A stretch of DNA of 63,905 nucleotides, counting the filler, from Aduncisulcus paluster (lineage: Eukaryota), in NCBI GenBank assembly GCA_024181965.1. It is 15 parts of 15 records of this genome, joined end to end, with 100 filler letters (N's around TTAATTAATTAA, not from the genome) between each part and the next. Parts side by side here need not be neighbours in the genome. Positions count along the whole stretch, not along the records: positions 49,124 to 51,863 come from BQXS01011606.1; positions 51,964 to 56,156 come from BQXS01011607.1; positions 56,257 to 58,925 come from BQXS01011608.1; positions 59,026 to 61,522 come from BQXS01011609.1; positions 61,623 to 63,905 come from BQXS01011610.1; 10 more parts are not named here. The stretch is one strand, 5' to 3'. Made by a program: the position numbers and the translations under genes. This document shows, in pieces, positions 50,583-62,161 of this stretch. The notes beneath the pieces were generated by a model. The model saw nothing but the letters and a program-made list of their open reading frames with translations. It did not search any database and had not been told where the DNA came from. Each line of letters starts with the position of its first letter. Positions within the stretch are counted from its first letter, which is position 1.

Positions 50583-50973
50583 GAAACAAAAGAAAGCCAA
50601 AGAAGAATATATATATTAAATATTTCTGGTGAATGACTATTCACGATTCTTGAGTAAAATAATCCTATTATGGGTCTAATTTGAAAGCATATTGTATAAT
50701 ATTCTCATAATACTGACTTTTAAGAATAAAATCCATCCAATTGACCCAAAAACAAAGATCTCAAATCTCGGTCATGTCCACCATCTGGAATCAAACGTTT
50801 TACTATTTGGGTTCTTAAAATAAAGCGTGAATTCTTGTCGTTTTATTATCTTATGGTAATGAAATGGACATTTCTAGTTTAAATTGCCAATAATGAAAAT
50901 GTGGATGAAATTAGTTCTATTAATAAAATATAAATAGTATAAATATGAGATATAACAAGCAAAATATAATAAA

Positions 50974-51863
50974 TTACAAGAGAGTTCTTGCTTTTTCCAC
51001 GATATTGTCCATATTCATACTCTTTACATATCGAGCTCTTGTGGCGAATCTCATTGTATTGTGACTCTCTGAACAATCCGATAAGAGGGGTGAAATATTA
51101 GCAATGAGAATAGTTTTACAATTTCCACTCAGAGCAGGTTGTAAAAGACGAGTAAGCTTACTATTTCTATAAGGAATATGTTTAACTGTTGAGGATGAAA
51201 GATGTGACGAGCTTCTCGAAGAAGATGATGAGCGTGAATGAGTGTTTCCAACGGCAAGTTCTTTTGATTCACCTTCTCTTCTTTCCCGATCTTTTCGACT
51301 CAATGCGCATACAACGTCACCAAGGGCAGAAAGAGAACTATTAATGAATTGAGTTTCTTTATACCTCGCTTCTTTGCCCGTTTTCCCCATCCTTTCACTT
51401 CCAGCCAAGTCAACAAAAGTCAAGGTTGTAGAGGTTGTAACGAAAGAAGAAGAAGAAGGGAGTTTTGAATGGGTTGTTGATAGGTCCACTTCGGAGGTTG
51501 AAAATTCACGGGAGTGATGGAAAACCGAAGGAGATTCAAGATCACGCGAAGAATCCAGAGAAAGTGAAGGAATCGTCCTGGAATGTCCTTTTGGAGCTAC
51601 AGGATCAAGGACTCTCCTTCTCGCTGTTGATTCCGTTGAATTGGCTTGATGAGAAATCAAAGAACTTCCAACTTCCTTTCTCCTCGTTCGCTTGATACGG
51701 ATTGTAACAATACAATGAGATCTCGAAGAATGGTGACTCATATAGGTTTGGTGGACTTTTCTCCTTTGCATTCCGATACAGATACATTTCAGGGCTTCTT
51801 CACAGGACACACATGGGATCCATGAAAGATCTTGAACATACGACGAACCACTTAGAGAAGTTC
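50974..51863 (-). CDS. Kinesin motor domain C-terminal half, 5' partial
   Basis: SSRSH, FVDLAGSER, INSSLSALGDV, HIPYRNSKLTRLLQ and TMRFATRAR motifs. Confidence 0.95.
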
Positions 51864-51965
51864 NNNNNNNNNNNNNNNNNNNNNNNNNNNNNNNNNNNNN
51901 NNNNNNNTTAATTAATTAANNNNNNNNNNNNNNNNNNNNNNNNNNNNNNNNNNNNNNNNNNNNTA

Positions 51966-54900
51966 AAGCATTCTACACTCCATTCGAGCGCTCCTATTAC
52001 CGATTCTTCTGGCCCAAAGATTGGAGATGATGCAGAAACTTCAAAAATATCTGCAATAACAACCACTAAACCTGTTACAAGCATTATCGAACAGATGAAA
52101 CAGTCCGTCCAATTAAAAGAAAAAGAAAGAAAAGATCAACCTTTTCCGCCAGATTGTTCACCTTTCCCTGTAGACCCTTCTGTGCCGATTGAGGCCAAAT
52201 CTATCAAAGTTAATCCTTCTTCCTCTTCCTCTTCCTCTTCTCTTCCTATGTGTATATCATTCTCTTGTGTCAGTGATCTTCCAGATAAATTCTCACAATA
52301 TACGACTTTGTCCAATCATATAATTCAGCTCCAAAAAGGGAATTTTTCCTTTTATTATTCCTCTTCCCCAAGTTCACCCGCTCTCTCGCTTGTTTTGACA
52401 AGAGTTCTTACATATCTCTCTCTCCTCGTTATCTCTCTTTCTTCTCTTTTACAAGATCACACGCATATTAATTCCCTTGTCACCGATTGTGAAATGATCA
52501 GCGTTTGTTTCGAGAGATTTATTCGTGATTTGTTTACTATTGTTAAACAAGAAGAGGTTCAACCGGACGATGATTTGATTGAAGGGTTTGAAATTGTCAC
52601 GTCGAATAATCCATCGCAGAAGTCCAATGATCATCATACACATATGCGGCATCGATCTTCTGTATCAACAGAACACGATGGAATGTTGCTTCAAGGGTCT
52701 AGATCAAGGTCACACTCGATAAGCTCCATGATATCCTCATCTTCTCTCTCTTCTCTCCATCTGAGTGTGTCTCCAGCACCCTCGAGCACTGCTATCAGCA
52801 GTCGGCATCATTCCCCAAGTGCATCTCTTGGAGGCCGTGGGTCATTCTCATCTGGGGCATCATTGACATCACTCTCGATGGCTGAGGTTTCAAAGAAGGC
52901 TAAAAATAGACGTTCTATGAGAAAGAGTTTGAGTGTTAGTAGTGTTGGAAGTGGATCATCTGGTTCGTCCTCTCACACCCGAACTCGCAGTAATTCTTCG
53001 ACATTCAACATGCATCGTCCTTCTTCTCTTCTCACGCCGTCGTATATCCTCTCCTCTCTTCTTGTATCCCCTGATTTCTCCCCTGATCCTTTTCTTTCTC
53101 TCCTCGCCATGTTCCATGAACACATCGGGGAATCTGTATGTTCCGTTTTTAGCCGGGATATCGTCCAGAAGATGTCGGTTGAACAATGGGAGGATATTGA
53201 CGAAATGATGCTTACTCAGAATCCCCAAAAGAGAGTGCAACAGATTAGAAAAGCCATTATCAATGATACAAAATCGAAAGAAGAGGGCGAGATGATGATT
53301 GGTGAAAAAAAGGAGAAGAAAGCGTCAGAAGAAGGAAGAGTTGGAGTAGTTTCCTCCGAAATCAGTTCAATAGCCATAAAAAAAGATCCAATATTAGATG
53401 CCTGTGTGAGTGATATCGAGAAATCTATTGTTATTCGAAGTCGTTCGAAGCGTTCTCAGATGGAAATTATTGAAAAGGCCGTTCTTTTGTTTGATTCTGC
53501 TTTTGAGAAGAAGAAAATCGAACTTGAAAGACGTAGATTGATGCCCTATCAACGCAGAAAGAAGAATGTCTCCCCATCCATTCCAAAGCCACCTTCTGTG
53601 CTTGAATCGTATCGAGATCTCCCTGATGGATGTGTTTTCCCACTCTCTTGGATGTCTTGCTTCTTTTGTGAGGATTTAGTGATCGAAGAGGAAGATGATA
53701 TTCCTCATACATTACGTGCACTCTCCTCCTTGGCCTCTCCACTGATGCCCGTATCTCCTACGCCTCCTCTAGAGCTCTATTCTGTCCTTTCAAAGATACC
53801 TCCAACACCCGTATCGATGTTTGTGCTCTTCCAGCGAGTTGAGTTCCTGTTATCGATGTGTCATTCTATTTCTATTCCGCCAATCAACGCTTTCGCAGTG
53901 TTAATTTCTTCTATTGCCGTGTATACGATATGTTCCTCGGTGTTCGTTCTTACATGTCTTGATTTTCATAGGAACAGGCAATGGTACTCAATAACACACG
54001 ATTTAGATGACAGAAGAACTGATAAGAGAGGGGGTGGACAAAAGGATGGCGATAAATATTCTCATAGTCAGGTACAAATGATATCCCCGCCAATATCTAT
54101 TCTGATTCCTCTCCTCTCTCTCCTCCAAGATTGTGAAACTGGTAACATTCGTGTTATTAAAGAACTTTTCAGCAAACATGGACTTAAACGAGCTTGGAAA
54201 GTGTGTATTAAAATGATTTTTTCTCCTGAACGCTCCAATCCTGACTCTCTTAAATTCCAACCAAATCAACGCACAGGTTCTTCTTCTTCTTCTTCTTCTT
54301 CTTCTTCTTCCTCAACTCTTTCGGCTGCCGCCGGTTCTTCGTCTTCAACCGATAGTATTGAAGCCTATGTTGAAGGCGTGATGGAGTTTGATAAGAGAAT
54401 TCTAACTCTTAGTAATTGTATTCGAGCCTTTGAAAGTATTCGGTGGTGTGAATGTTTGCAACGGTATTTTATCTCAAAATATCCCCCAAGCCAAGACAAT
54501 GTTGAGTATTGTTCGATTGTAAATACAAGTTTAACATATATTTTTTCTTTTATTGAACATGTCAGGCGGAATGTCTATGAATCTGTTGTGAATTGTGTTT
54601 TTTCGAAACCTTTGTCTCATTTCCTCTCTCTCATTAAAAAATGTGATTTTTCAAAGGCGCATAGTCAGGTACAAATGATATCCCCGCCAATATCTATTCT
54701 GATTCCTCTCCTCTCTCTCCTCCAAGATTGTGAAACTGGTAACATTCGTGTTATTAAAGAACTTTTCAGCAAACATGGACTTAAACGAGCTTGGAAAGTG
54801 TGTATTAAAATGATTTTTTCTCCTGAACGCTCCAATCCTGACTCTCTTAAATTCCAACCAAATCAACGCACAGGTTCTTCTTCTTCTTCTTCTTCTTCTT

Positions 54901-55736
54901 CTTCTTCCTCAACTCTTTCGGCTGCCGCCGGTTCTTCGTCTTCAACCGATAGTATTGAAGCCTATGTTGAAGGCGTGATGGAGTTTGATAAGAGAATTCT
55001 AACTCTTAGTAATTGTATTCGAGCCTTTGAAAGTATTCGGTGGTGTGAATGTTTGCAACGGTATTTTATCTCAAAATATCCCCCAAGCCAAGACAATGTT
55101 GAGTATTGTTCGATTGTAAATACAAGTTTAACATATATTTTTTCTTTTATTGAACATGTCAGGCGGAATGTCTATGAATCTGTTGTGAATTGTGTTTTTT
55201 CGAAACCTTTGTCTCATTTCCTCTCTCTCATTAAAAAATGTGATTTTTCAAAGGCGTCTAATGTTACACATTCTTCAAAATCACTACAGTCATATTTGAT
55301 ATCCTTGATCAGTATTTGTAAAAGCGTTGAAGATCCTCGATGTAGGGCAATGTTATATGATTTGGCTATTGAGAAACTTGTCGTTCATTTGATTCGGACT
55401 GTCATGTTAACATGTAAAATTAAAAAACAATATCTCATCAATCTTAAATTATTCTTTGGGAATGTTGAAGAACTCGTATACGTTTTCGATCCAACTTTCG
55501 CACGTGCAAAATGTGAGAAATTTTCGTATAGAAGATCGATCGACTCAATAGATGAAACTCTTCATTCGTTTTTAAATGCTTTCGATATGAACTCTGAACA
55601 ATTTGTTTGCTGGGGAATCTCCACGTCTTGTGACCTCAGTGTTGTACAAGCTGTGTGTGATACTGGTCTCAGTTGTGGTCTGAAACGAAGAGAACAAAGG
55701 GAAATAATGGCAATAATATCTCAGAAAAGGCAATGA
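51966..55736 (+). CDS. Large helical protein, VPS50/syndetin-like C-terminus, 5' partial
   Basis: Open from the contig start. The C-terminal pattern (CIRAFES...EQFVCW...GLKRREQREIMAII) resembles the syndetin C-terminus as I recall it. Confidence 0.45.
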   Translation, partial: KHSTLHSSAPITDSSGPKIGDDAETSKISAITTTKPVTSIIEQMKQSVQLKEKERKDQPFPPDCSPFPVDPSVPIEAKSIKVNPSSSSSSSSLPMCISFSCVSDLPDKFSQYTTLSNHIIQLQKGNFSFYYSSSPSSPALSLVLTRVLTYLSLLVISLSSLLQDHTHINSLVTDCEMISVCFERFIRDLFTIVKQEEVQPDDDLIEGFEIVTSNNPSQKSNDHHTHMRHRSSVSTEHDGMLLQGSRSRSHSISSMISSSSLSSLHLSVSPAPSSTAISSRHHSPSASLGGRGSFSSGASLTSLSMAEVSKKAKNRRSMRKSLSVSSVGSGSSGSSSHTRTRSNSSTFNMHRPSSLLTPSYILSSLLVSPDFSPDPFLSLLAMFHEHIGESVCSVFSRDIVQKMSVEQWEDIDEMMLTQNPQKRVQQIRKAIINDTKSKEEGEMMIGEKKEKKASEEGRVGVVSSEISSIAIKKDPILDACVSDIEKSIVIRSRSKRSQMEIIEKAVLLFDSAFEKKKIELERRRLMPYQRRKKNVSPSIPKPPSVLESYRDLPDGCVFPLSWMSCFFCEDLVIEEEDDIPHTLRALSSLASPLMPVSPTPPLELYSVLSKIPPTPVSMFVLFQRVEFLLSMCHSISIPPINAFAVLISSIAVYTICSSVFVLTCLDFHRNRQWYSITHDLDDRRTDKRGGGQKDGDKYSHSQVQMISPPISILIPLLSLLQDCETGNIRVIKELFSKHGLKRAWKVCIKMIFSPERSNPDSLKFQPNQRTGSSSSSSSSSSSSTLSAAAGSSSSTDSIEAYVEGVMEFDKRILTLSNCIRAFESIRWCECLQRYFISKYPPSQDNVEYCSIVNTSLTYIFSFIEHVRRNVYESVVNCVFSKPLSHFLSLIKKCDFSKAHSQVQMISPPISILIPLLSLLQDCETGNIRVIKELFSKHGLKRAWKVCIKMIFSPERSNPDSLKFQPNQRTGSSSSSSSSSSSSTLSAAAGSSSSTDSIEAYVEGVMEFDKRILTLSNCIRAFESIRWCECLQRYFISKYPPSQDNVEYCSIVNTSLTYIFSFIEHVRRNVYESVVNCVFSKPLSHFLSLIKKCDFSKASNVTHSSKSLQSYLISLISICKSVEDPRCRAMLYDLAIEKLVVHLIRTVMLTCKIKKQYLINLKLFFGNVEELVYVFDPTFARAKCEKFSYRRSIDSIDETLHSFLNAFDMNSEQFVCWGISTSCDLSVVQAVCDTGLSCGLKRREQREIMAIISQKRQ
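54063..55256 (+). repeat. Perfect in-frame tandem duplication, 597-bp unit
   Basis: 54063-54659 is identical to 54660-55256. Blunt junction. Confidence 0.95.
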
Positions 55737-56042
55737 TTCGATGCAAGAAATAGTATTATCAAAAATAAGTGATATTGTATTTATTATAAAATTTTTTTTT
55801 ATATAAATACTATTTAGCTGTTCATGCTCTTGCCATACCGTTCTTATGAGCCTTTTTCTTTACGTTTCCTTTCAGTGAAAGGGCTTTCACATATGTCCAA
55901 CTGTTGGATCGGATGATTCAACTTAAATCAAGTAAATTTGCTAGCCCAAAGGATTTGCTACCCTTTGAATTGATCAGATTAACAATAATTATTGTTAAAA
56001 TTAATATTTTAAATTTGATTTTAGAATTTTGTTAACTCTTTT

Positions 56043-56156
56043 ATGCCGGTATTCCATTCCCCGCCCAACAAGCAGCCTGGCGGGACTGCCCCAACTTTAA
56101 TTCAATATGGAACTAATTTGAACCCCTCTGAAGAGGAGGAGGAAAAAGTTCCTATG
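56043..56156 (+). CDS. Possible gene 5' end, partial
   Basis: ATG after an AT-rich region (MPVFHSPPNKQPGG...); open to the contig end. Confidence 0.35.
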
Positions 56157-56256
56157 NNNNNNNNNNNNNNNNNNNNNNNNNNNNNNNNNNNNNNNNNNNN
56201 TTAATTAATTAANNNNNNNNNNNNNNNNNNNNNNNNNNNNNNNNNNNNNNNNNNNN

Positions 56257-57300
56257 GGGTAGAGAAGCAATGTCATGTGAGGGTGAAGAATGTTGTTTAA
56301 CCTGGGCAGCTGAGTGACCGATAAAGAAGAAAGAAGAATGCGAAGAAGTACCAGTTGGCAACAAAGAAGCAAGAGGGTGATCAGGTTTGGGTTCAGAGAG
56401 AGGAGGAATGACAGATTGCATAATTTGCTTGAAATAAGACGGAGAAGATATCATATCGGGTAAATAATACACAGAAAAGGTTCCAATCTGGGTGTTCGGC
56501 GGATAAACAATGTCACCAGATTTCATATGCGAACTTGAGCCATCAGCAGGAGGTTTTCCTTTTGGAGACTTTTCTCTTAGACGAATTTTATCTTTTCCAA
56601 CACACACTTCGATACATACTCTGAGAACAACGTCATTAACATTGGAATCGTATTCCGCCAAAGTATACGGAAGCGTACTCGATAGTGAATCGAGAATATT
56701 CGCATCATTTGGAGATTTAATATAATTTTGAGTAATATGTTTGATAAATGGAGTTCTGTGCGGCGATGAACCATGGGACTCTTGTTTCTCATCTGCAGGT
56801 GATGGTGAACAAACTTTAGGAGATAATGGGTATGAAAATGAGGAAGAAGATGAAGAAGATTCATCGGTATCAAATGAAGTTCTTGATTTGGTTGACAGAA
56901 CATCGATTATCTTTTTCGATGGGAGAATGGCACATGCTGATAAAAATATTGAATGGTGGGTTCCTTTTCCACAAGAAGACCCTCCTAAAACATGTATCAT
57001 GTCATTTATAGCCATTAAAATAATGTTTTTGTTCGTTGTAGAACGTAAAATCGAAAGTTCAGGACAAGCAATAAGAACAGACATATTTTGTCCACTACAA
57101 ACACGTGTTACTGAATCTGCTAAGTTGTTCTTATAAATATCAGCCGAATTCTTGTATTTCATATCAATATATTTTTCGATAGACAACGATTTGCGATAAG
57201 TGAGAGAAGATATTCGAATACTCGATTTATCTGGGTCAATTTCTAATGTATCATCATCAATTTTTGATTTTTCTCGGGAAGCACAAAAATAAATTTTCAT
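56257..57300 (-). CDS. Degenerate kinesin-motor-like protein, 3' partial
   Basis: ATG at 57300. Segments follow kinesin order, but the P-loop and switch motifs are missing. Confidence 0.45.
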
Positions 57301-57494
57301 TGTTAGTGTCCAGCGAAAAAAGCGCACAGAAAAAATAAAATAAAAGTCTATGGACTCTACAAGATGGATAAATGAAAACCAATATAATCTCTCACTATCA
57401 AGATGACAATAATACATAAAAATAAAGGAAAGAGATATCATATTAAACCATTTCTGACTGGCCACATTAAAAATTGTATTTTGCCAGCCACTAC

Positions 57495-58925
57495 ATGGAT
57501 AAAAGGTACGTATTGAGTCATATATCCCTTTTAAACATCATGATGGGTATTTCTAATAGGACCATTCAATTATAATCCATTATATTTTAACCTCTTTCAA
57601 AACAATTTCTCATTTTTGGATACTATGAAACATATTAATCATTCTAAATATAATTTTTTTATTAAATTTTCAGTATTGCAATAGAAGAAAAGGTGGAAAA
57701 TCTTATTGCATTTCTTGTTGATAGCGGTCTCAATGCTGACCAAATGCTTCAAGAATTCGGAACTGAAGAGGCAACTGCACTATTGCCATCACAACAATCT
57801 CCGCCTCATGACCATATATCTCATGTACCAGAGAGTTTTAGAGCAAGTGGGATACCTCCCTTCTCACTTCCTCCTACTACTTCTCAACAGATCTCTTCTG
57901 CAAGATCATCGTCTCCTCCCACACCCCAAAATAGACCATCATCGATAGTTCTCCTCCTCCTCCTCCTCTTCCTCCTCTTCCTCTCCTCCTCCACAACCTT
58001 CTCCTTCTTCTCAACCTTCTAAGCATTCACCCAGTCCAGTAAGAGCATCAATAAGTCCATCTAAAGTACCATCGTCATCTTCTCCTCCTTCCTCTTCGAT
58101 CGCTCCTTCCTCAAATGTCACAGAGCAACCTAATTATAGCCACACACCTACTGTTTCTCACTCCACTTCAACAGTTTCTCACTCCTCCTCATCGATTTCT
58201 CGTACCCCCACAGTTCCATATCCATCTGTTTCTTCTCATCCTTCAAATATCCAACCTCAGATCCAATACATTACTCAGGAATCTTCGCTTCCCTCTACAA
58301 CAAAGACGAGTCCAACCCAAACATCAGGATCTTCTTCTTCTTCTTCACGACCCACGATAGGGGTTCAAGATAGACCATTTACTGTGTTGCATAATAAGCT
58401 TAGTACTCTCAAACAACGTTTGAAAGAGAAAGAGAAAGAAGTCGCCGTTCTTCGAGGAGATTTGTTATCCAAGAAGGCACAATATGAAGATAATTCAACA
58501 AAAATGACTGAAAAATATAAATCTGATATCAAAATACTCCAGGAAAAGCTTAAAGAAAAGATAAAAGAATGTAATATTTCTGCATCCCAGCATAAAGAAG
58601 AGCTCGGAACTATTTCCAAGCGTATTTCAATACTTGAGAGACAGTTAGCAGATGAACAGAGCTTGTTTGAGACATATAAAAGCCAAGAGAAGAGCAGGAT
58701 TCATATTACGCTTCAGAAAGAACGAGATACATTCAAAAAAAATGAAACTGCAAGAAGAAAACGATGGGTGGAATCCAAAACAAAAGAATTACGAATTAGT
58801 ATTGCCCAAACTTATAAAGATAAAATTGAAGAGATTGTTCGTGACCATAAAAAAGAATTATTGGCGAAAGACACAAAATATGCAGAAGAAATATTTCATC
58901 TGAAAGAGGAACTGAAGGATCAATA
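57495..58925 (+). CDS. CEP131/AZI1-like coiled-coil protein, spliced, 3' partial
   Basis: ATG at 57495 and intron 57506-57673 (GTACGT...CAG). A +1 frame change lies in a (CCT)n tract near 57950. ETARRKRWVESKTKEL...IEEIVRDHKKEL resembles the CEP131 conserved segment. Confidence 0.5.
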
Positions 58926-59025
58926 NNNNNNNNNNNNNNNNNNNNNNNNNNNNNNNNNNNNNNNNNNNNTTAATTAATTAANNNNNNNNNNNNNNNNNNN
59001 NNNNNNNNNNNNNNNNNNNNNNNNN

Positions 59026-59963
59026 CAATCATTGCCCCAAGTGGGAAAGAGTTGTCACGTTCTTTAATTAATTCGTTATCACGATCCTTGTTTGTCCACT
59101 ATTCTTCTCATTCGATGCAAATATCAGGGCACGCAAGTGCTTTGGATACATCCATTGAAAGTGCCGTTCTTGGGGTCTTTCAGTCGTCCATTTCGATCCC
59201 CTCGCCCTTCTCTTTACTCTTCCCTCCTCAGCTTTGTGCTAAGCTCTCTGATGAACAGCTATTCCGTGCATTGCTGTCATTATCTCTCCCATTTCCATTT
59301 GGAATCATATTCAATCCTTCTTTCTCATCACGAGACGACACTCTTCTTTCCTCAAAATATGAGGTTTCTCCCATCAGTTTGGGTACATTTATTCGAGTCA
59401 TCACGTCTCTTTCTTCCATGTGTTTATTCATTTGTTTAAGTGGAATTGGAAATATGAAACGATCTTCGAGGGTGGCAAGCGAAGATGATAAAAGGATGTA
59501 TAAAGATTTGTCGCGAAAGAGTGTGTTCAATGCACGTACCGTACGAGAAGTGCTGAGAGATGATGTGAATAGCTTGTTAACTTATGTAAATAAGCTTGGA
59601 GAGACATTTGGAGCCGACGAGATTCTCTCCAGAGCCAAAGAAATGGGCGTTGAAATATCCCCATGCCAGCATTCAAAAGGAGAAGATTCTGGACATGGAA
59701 GTAGTTCCAAGGTTAAGGTTAACTTGTCAACCTCGAGAGTATTCAGTCGATTGGTTTTCATCCCCAGATGTGTGGCCAGAGTTAAGGATTGCATCAATCA
59801 AACGATATTATCTGGAGAGAAATGGTATATATCTGGGTCTAACGAGGCCGTCTTCGTCAAGAATTTGAATAATGTCCTCGATATGATTATAATATCTATG
59901 AAAAAGCTGGAAGAAGTTATCGAGAATGTCATCACCCATTCCTGGCTTGAACTTGAGGAGTAA
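59026..59963 (+). CDS. Hypothetical protein C-terminus, 5' partial
   Basis: About 300-aa open frame ending in TAA. Confidence 0.55.
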
Positions 59964-60375
59964 GATGGAATTCTATTTATTTGACATTTATTTTAATAAT
60001 CGTTCCTAATATTTTGATCATCTATCGTAAAACATTCATGCGATGAGTTGTTAGTAACTTCATATGTTGTCGAAATGAATAACATTCTCATGTTCTCAAA
60101 CAAGTACAAAAATAGGATATAATCAAGCAATAATGAGCGTGGAATTGGACAACCTTTAATGATAATAAAATGACCATTTCATTTCAAAAGCCATTAGAGA
60201 GAGTTAACTTCCAAGATTGAAAAAAAAAAAAAAAAAAAAAAAAGTAAAATTAAGGAAATGAAAATGAAGACATTCCAAGACCAAAAGATATGGAATGTCA
60301 ACCGAGAAAGATTGAAAAAAGTGAAACCAAAATGAAAAATAAAAAACAAAAGAAAAACGATTAAATTCCATAATA

Positions 60376-61522
60376 TCAAGGAAGACAGATTGTGTCATCC
60401 ATAACATTCCAGCGAGTATTATCGATATACATTTCTTCTGCAGATAACCAGTTATATGTCATTAACATGGCAAAATAAGTATCTCCGTACCATATTGTTG
60501 GGTTTATATAGGCGAATGTAGTCATAATTGCAAGAGGATACATATTATAATCACCCCATTCATTCAGAGCGTCAGAGTAGGTCAGATCAAGGAGCATGGA
60601 GTGGAACAAAGAGGAGAATTGAGTATTGATCACTGTGCAACTTGAATCAATAACATCAGTATCATACACATTAAACGTCCATATTAATCCAATTGTCTGA
60701 ATTCCATTCATCTTGGGGGTCGGAATGGTGGCCAATGTGACATCGAGAGTGAATGTAACGGCATCAACATAATCACCAGAGTTGGAGTCAAGAACATGCC
60801 ACACTGCATCGAACTCGAGTAATGTTCGCACAGCACCAGCTATCATGTCACAGTTAGGCGTGGCGGGAAGAGAGAGGGAGAGGGAGATGGGGGAGTCTGG
60901 AGAGAGCTGTTGAATGTCAGAGGGCAGGTCAAATATGTCAAGCAGGGAGGATAAGGCCACTGGGAATGGGAAGGTAGACGGAACATCATCAACAACAAGG
61001 GTGACATCGAACATATTACGCTGGCGGTAAGTGTCGAACAATGAAGCAACCATCAGAGGACTGAATATTCTCTGGTCTTGATCTAAATTGGTGTCAAAGC
61101 AAAAATGAAAACAAATGATAAAATAAACAGAAATAAATTAATTTTCGCATCGAATACAAATTAATTACAATACAATAAACATACCATTAGTAATAATCAA
61201 AGGAAGATCGTCTGGATCCGGAGTTGTGGGAGGCACGAAGAATTCGGTATCAGTTCCATAATAGAAACCAGAAGCGGGAAGATCAAGGATATTATCCTGA
61301 CAAATCCCATCAATGGGTTGTCGAACGTCAATGGCAGTAGTATCATCGATCACAATGCATGTTGAAGGAAGGAACAGAGAGTTACATATAGAATTAATAG
61401 CATCAGTGAGGACAGCATTCATTGAGGTTTCAATACTATACTGAATGAAAGGAGTAGCAACCTGAATGATCGTAGAAAGCATCTCAGAAGTTCCACGAAG
61501 ATCAATTGAGAAGTCACCAAGG
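60376..61522 (-). CDS. BPI/LBP/CETP-like (TULIP) lipid-binding protein, spliced, 5' partial
   Basis: Intron 61184-61083 (GTATGT...TTAG, 102 nt) joins two ORFs in frame. A Pro-rich linker followed by RIFSPLMVASLF...FDVTL fits the BPI inter-domain pattern. Confidence 0.55.
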
Positions 61523-61622
61523 NNNNNNNNNNNNNNNNNNNNNNNNNNNNNNNNNNNNNNNNNNNNTTAATTAATTAANNNNNNNNNNNNNNNNNNNNNN
61601 NNNNNNNNNNNNNNNNNNNNNN

Positions 61623-61877
61623 AGCGCTCACAGAACCAAGAGAACCACCACCAGAAGGAATCGCCAATTCAGATCCATTAAAGGTTGAATCACCACTCAT
61701 AGTTTCAGATGAAGCTTCAACTTCAATCTTTTCCTTGAGACCTTGACTTTTCCCCGTCATATCATCAATTCTCTTTTCACCAACATCTGAACCTTCCTCT
61801 TCATTAATAACTTCTTTAGGAGCTACAACTTCCTTTACAATTGTCTTCTTAGTCTTTTTGTTGTCTTTCTTTGCCAT
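61623..61877 (-). CDS. Charged protein N-terminus, 3' partial (possibly gag N-terminus)
   Basis: ATG at 61877; open to the contig edge; divergent from the retroelement ORF. Confidence 0.45.
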
Positions 61878-62161
61878 TAGAGGTCTTACACCAAGTTTAG
61901 GATGATCTTCAAATCAATCCAATAAAACGAGTAAAATTAAAAATTTAAGGTATCAAACAGTATTTAAGTTTGATCAAACTGTGGTATTACCTTGGGAATA
62001 CCGATGATTAACGTTAAACGTAACCCAATTTATTAGAATCCGAGCGATCGGAGTGAGTCAAAATATAAATGATAAAATATTAATAATATCAAATAAAATA
62101 ATGAAATAAATATAAATAATAAATAAATATGATATTATAAATAGAAATATGTTAATGTTAA

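Noticed and set aside
55820..55980. Cluster of small hairpins (GTGAAA-GGGC-TTTCAC, TCCAA-CTG-TTGGA) as an snRNA/snoRNA
   Set aside because: No U5 loop, Sm site or convincing box motifs; short stems are expected by chance.
2378..61622. Regularly recurring TTAATTAATTAA within N runs as a biological repeat, and gene clusters spanning them
   Set aside because: These are artificial concatenation linkers with stops in all six frames.
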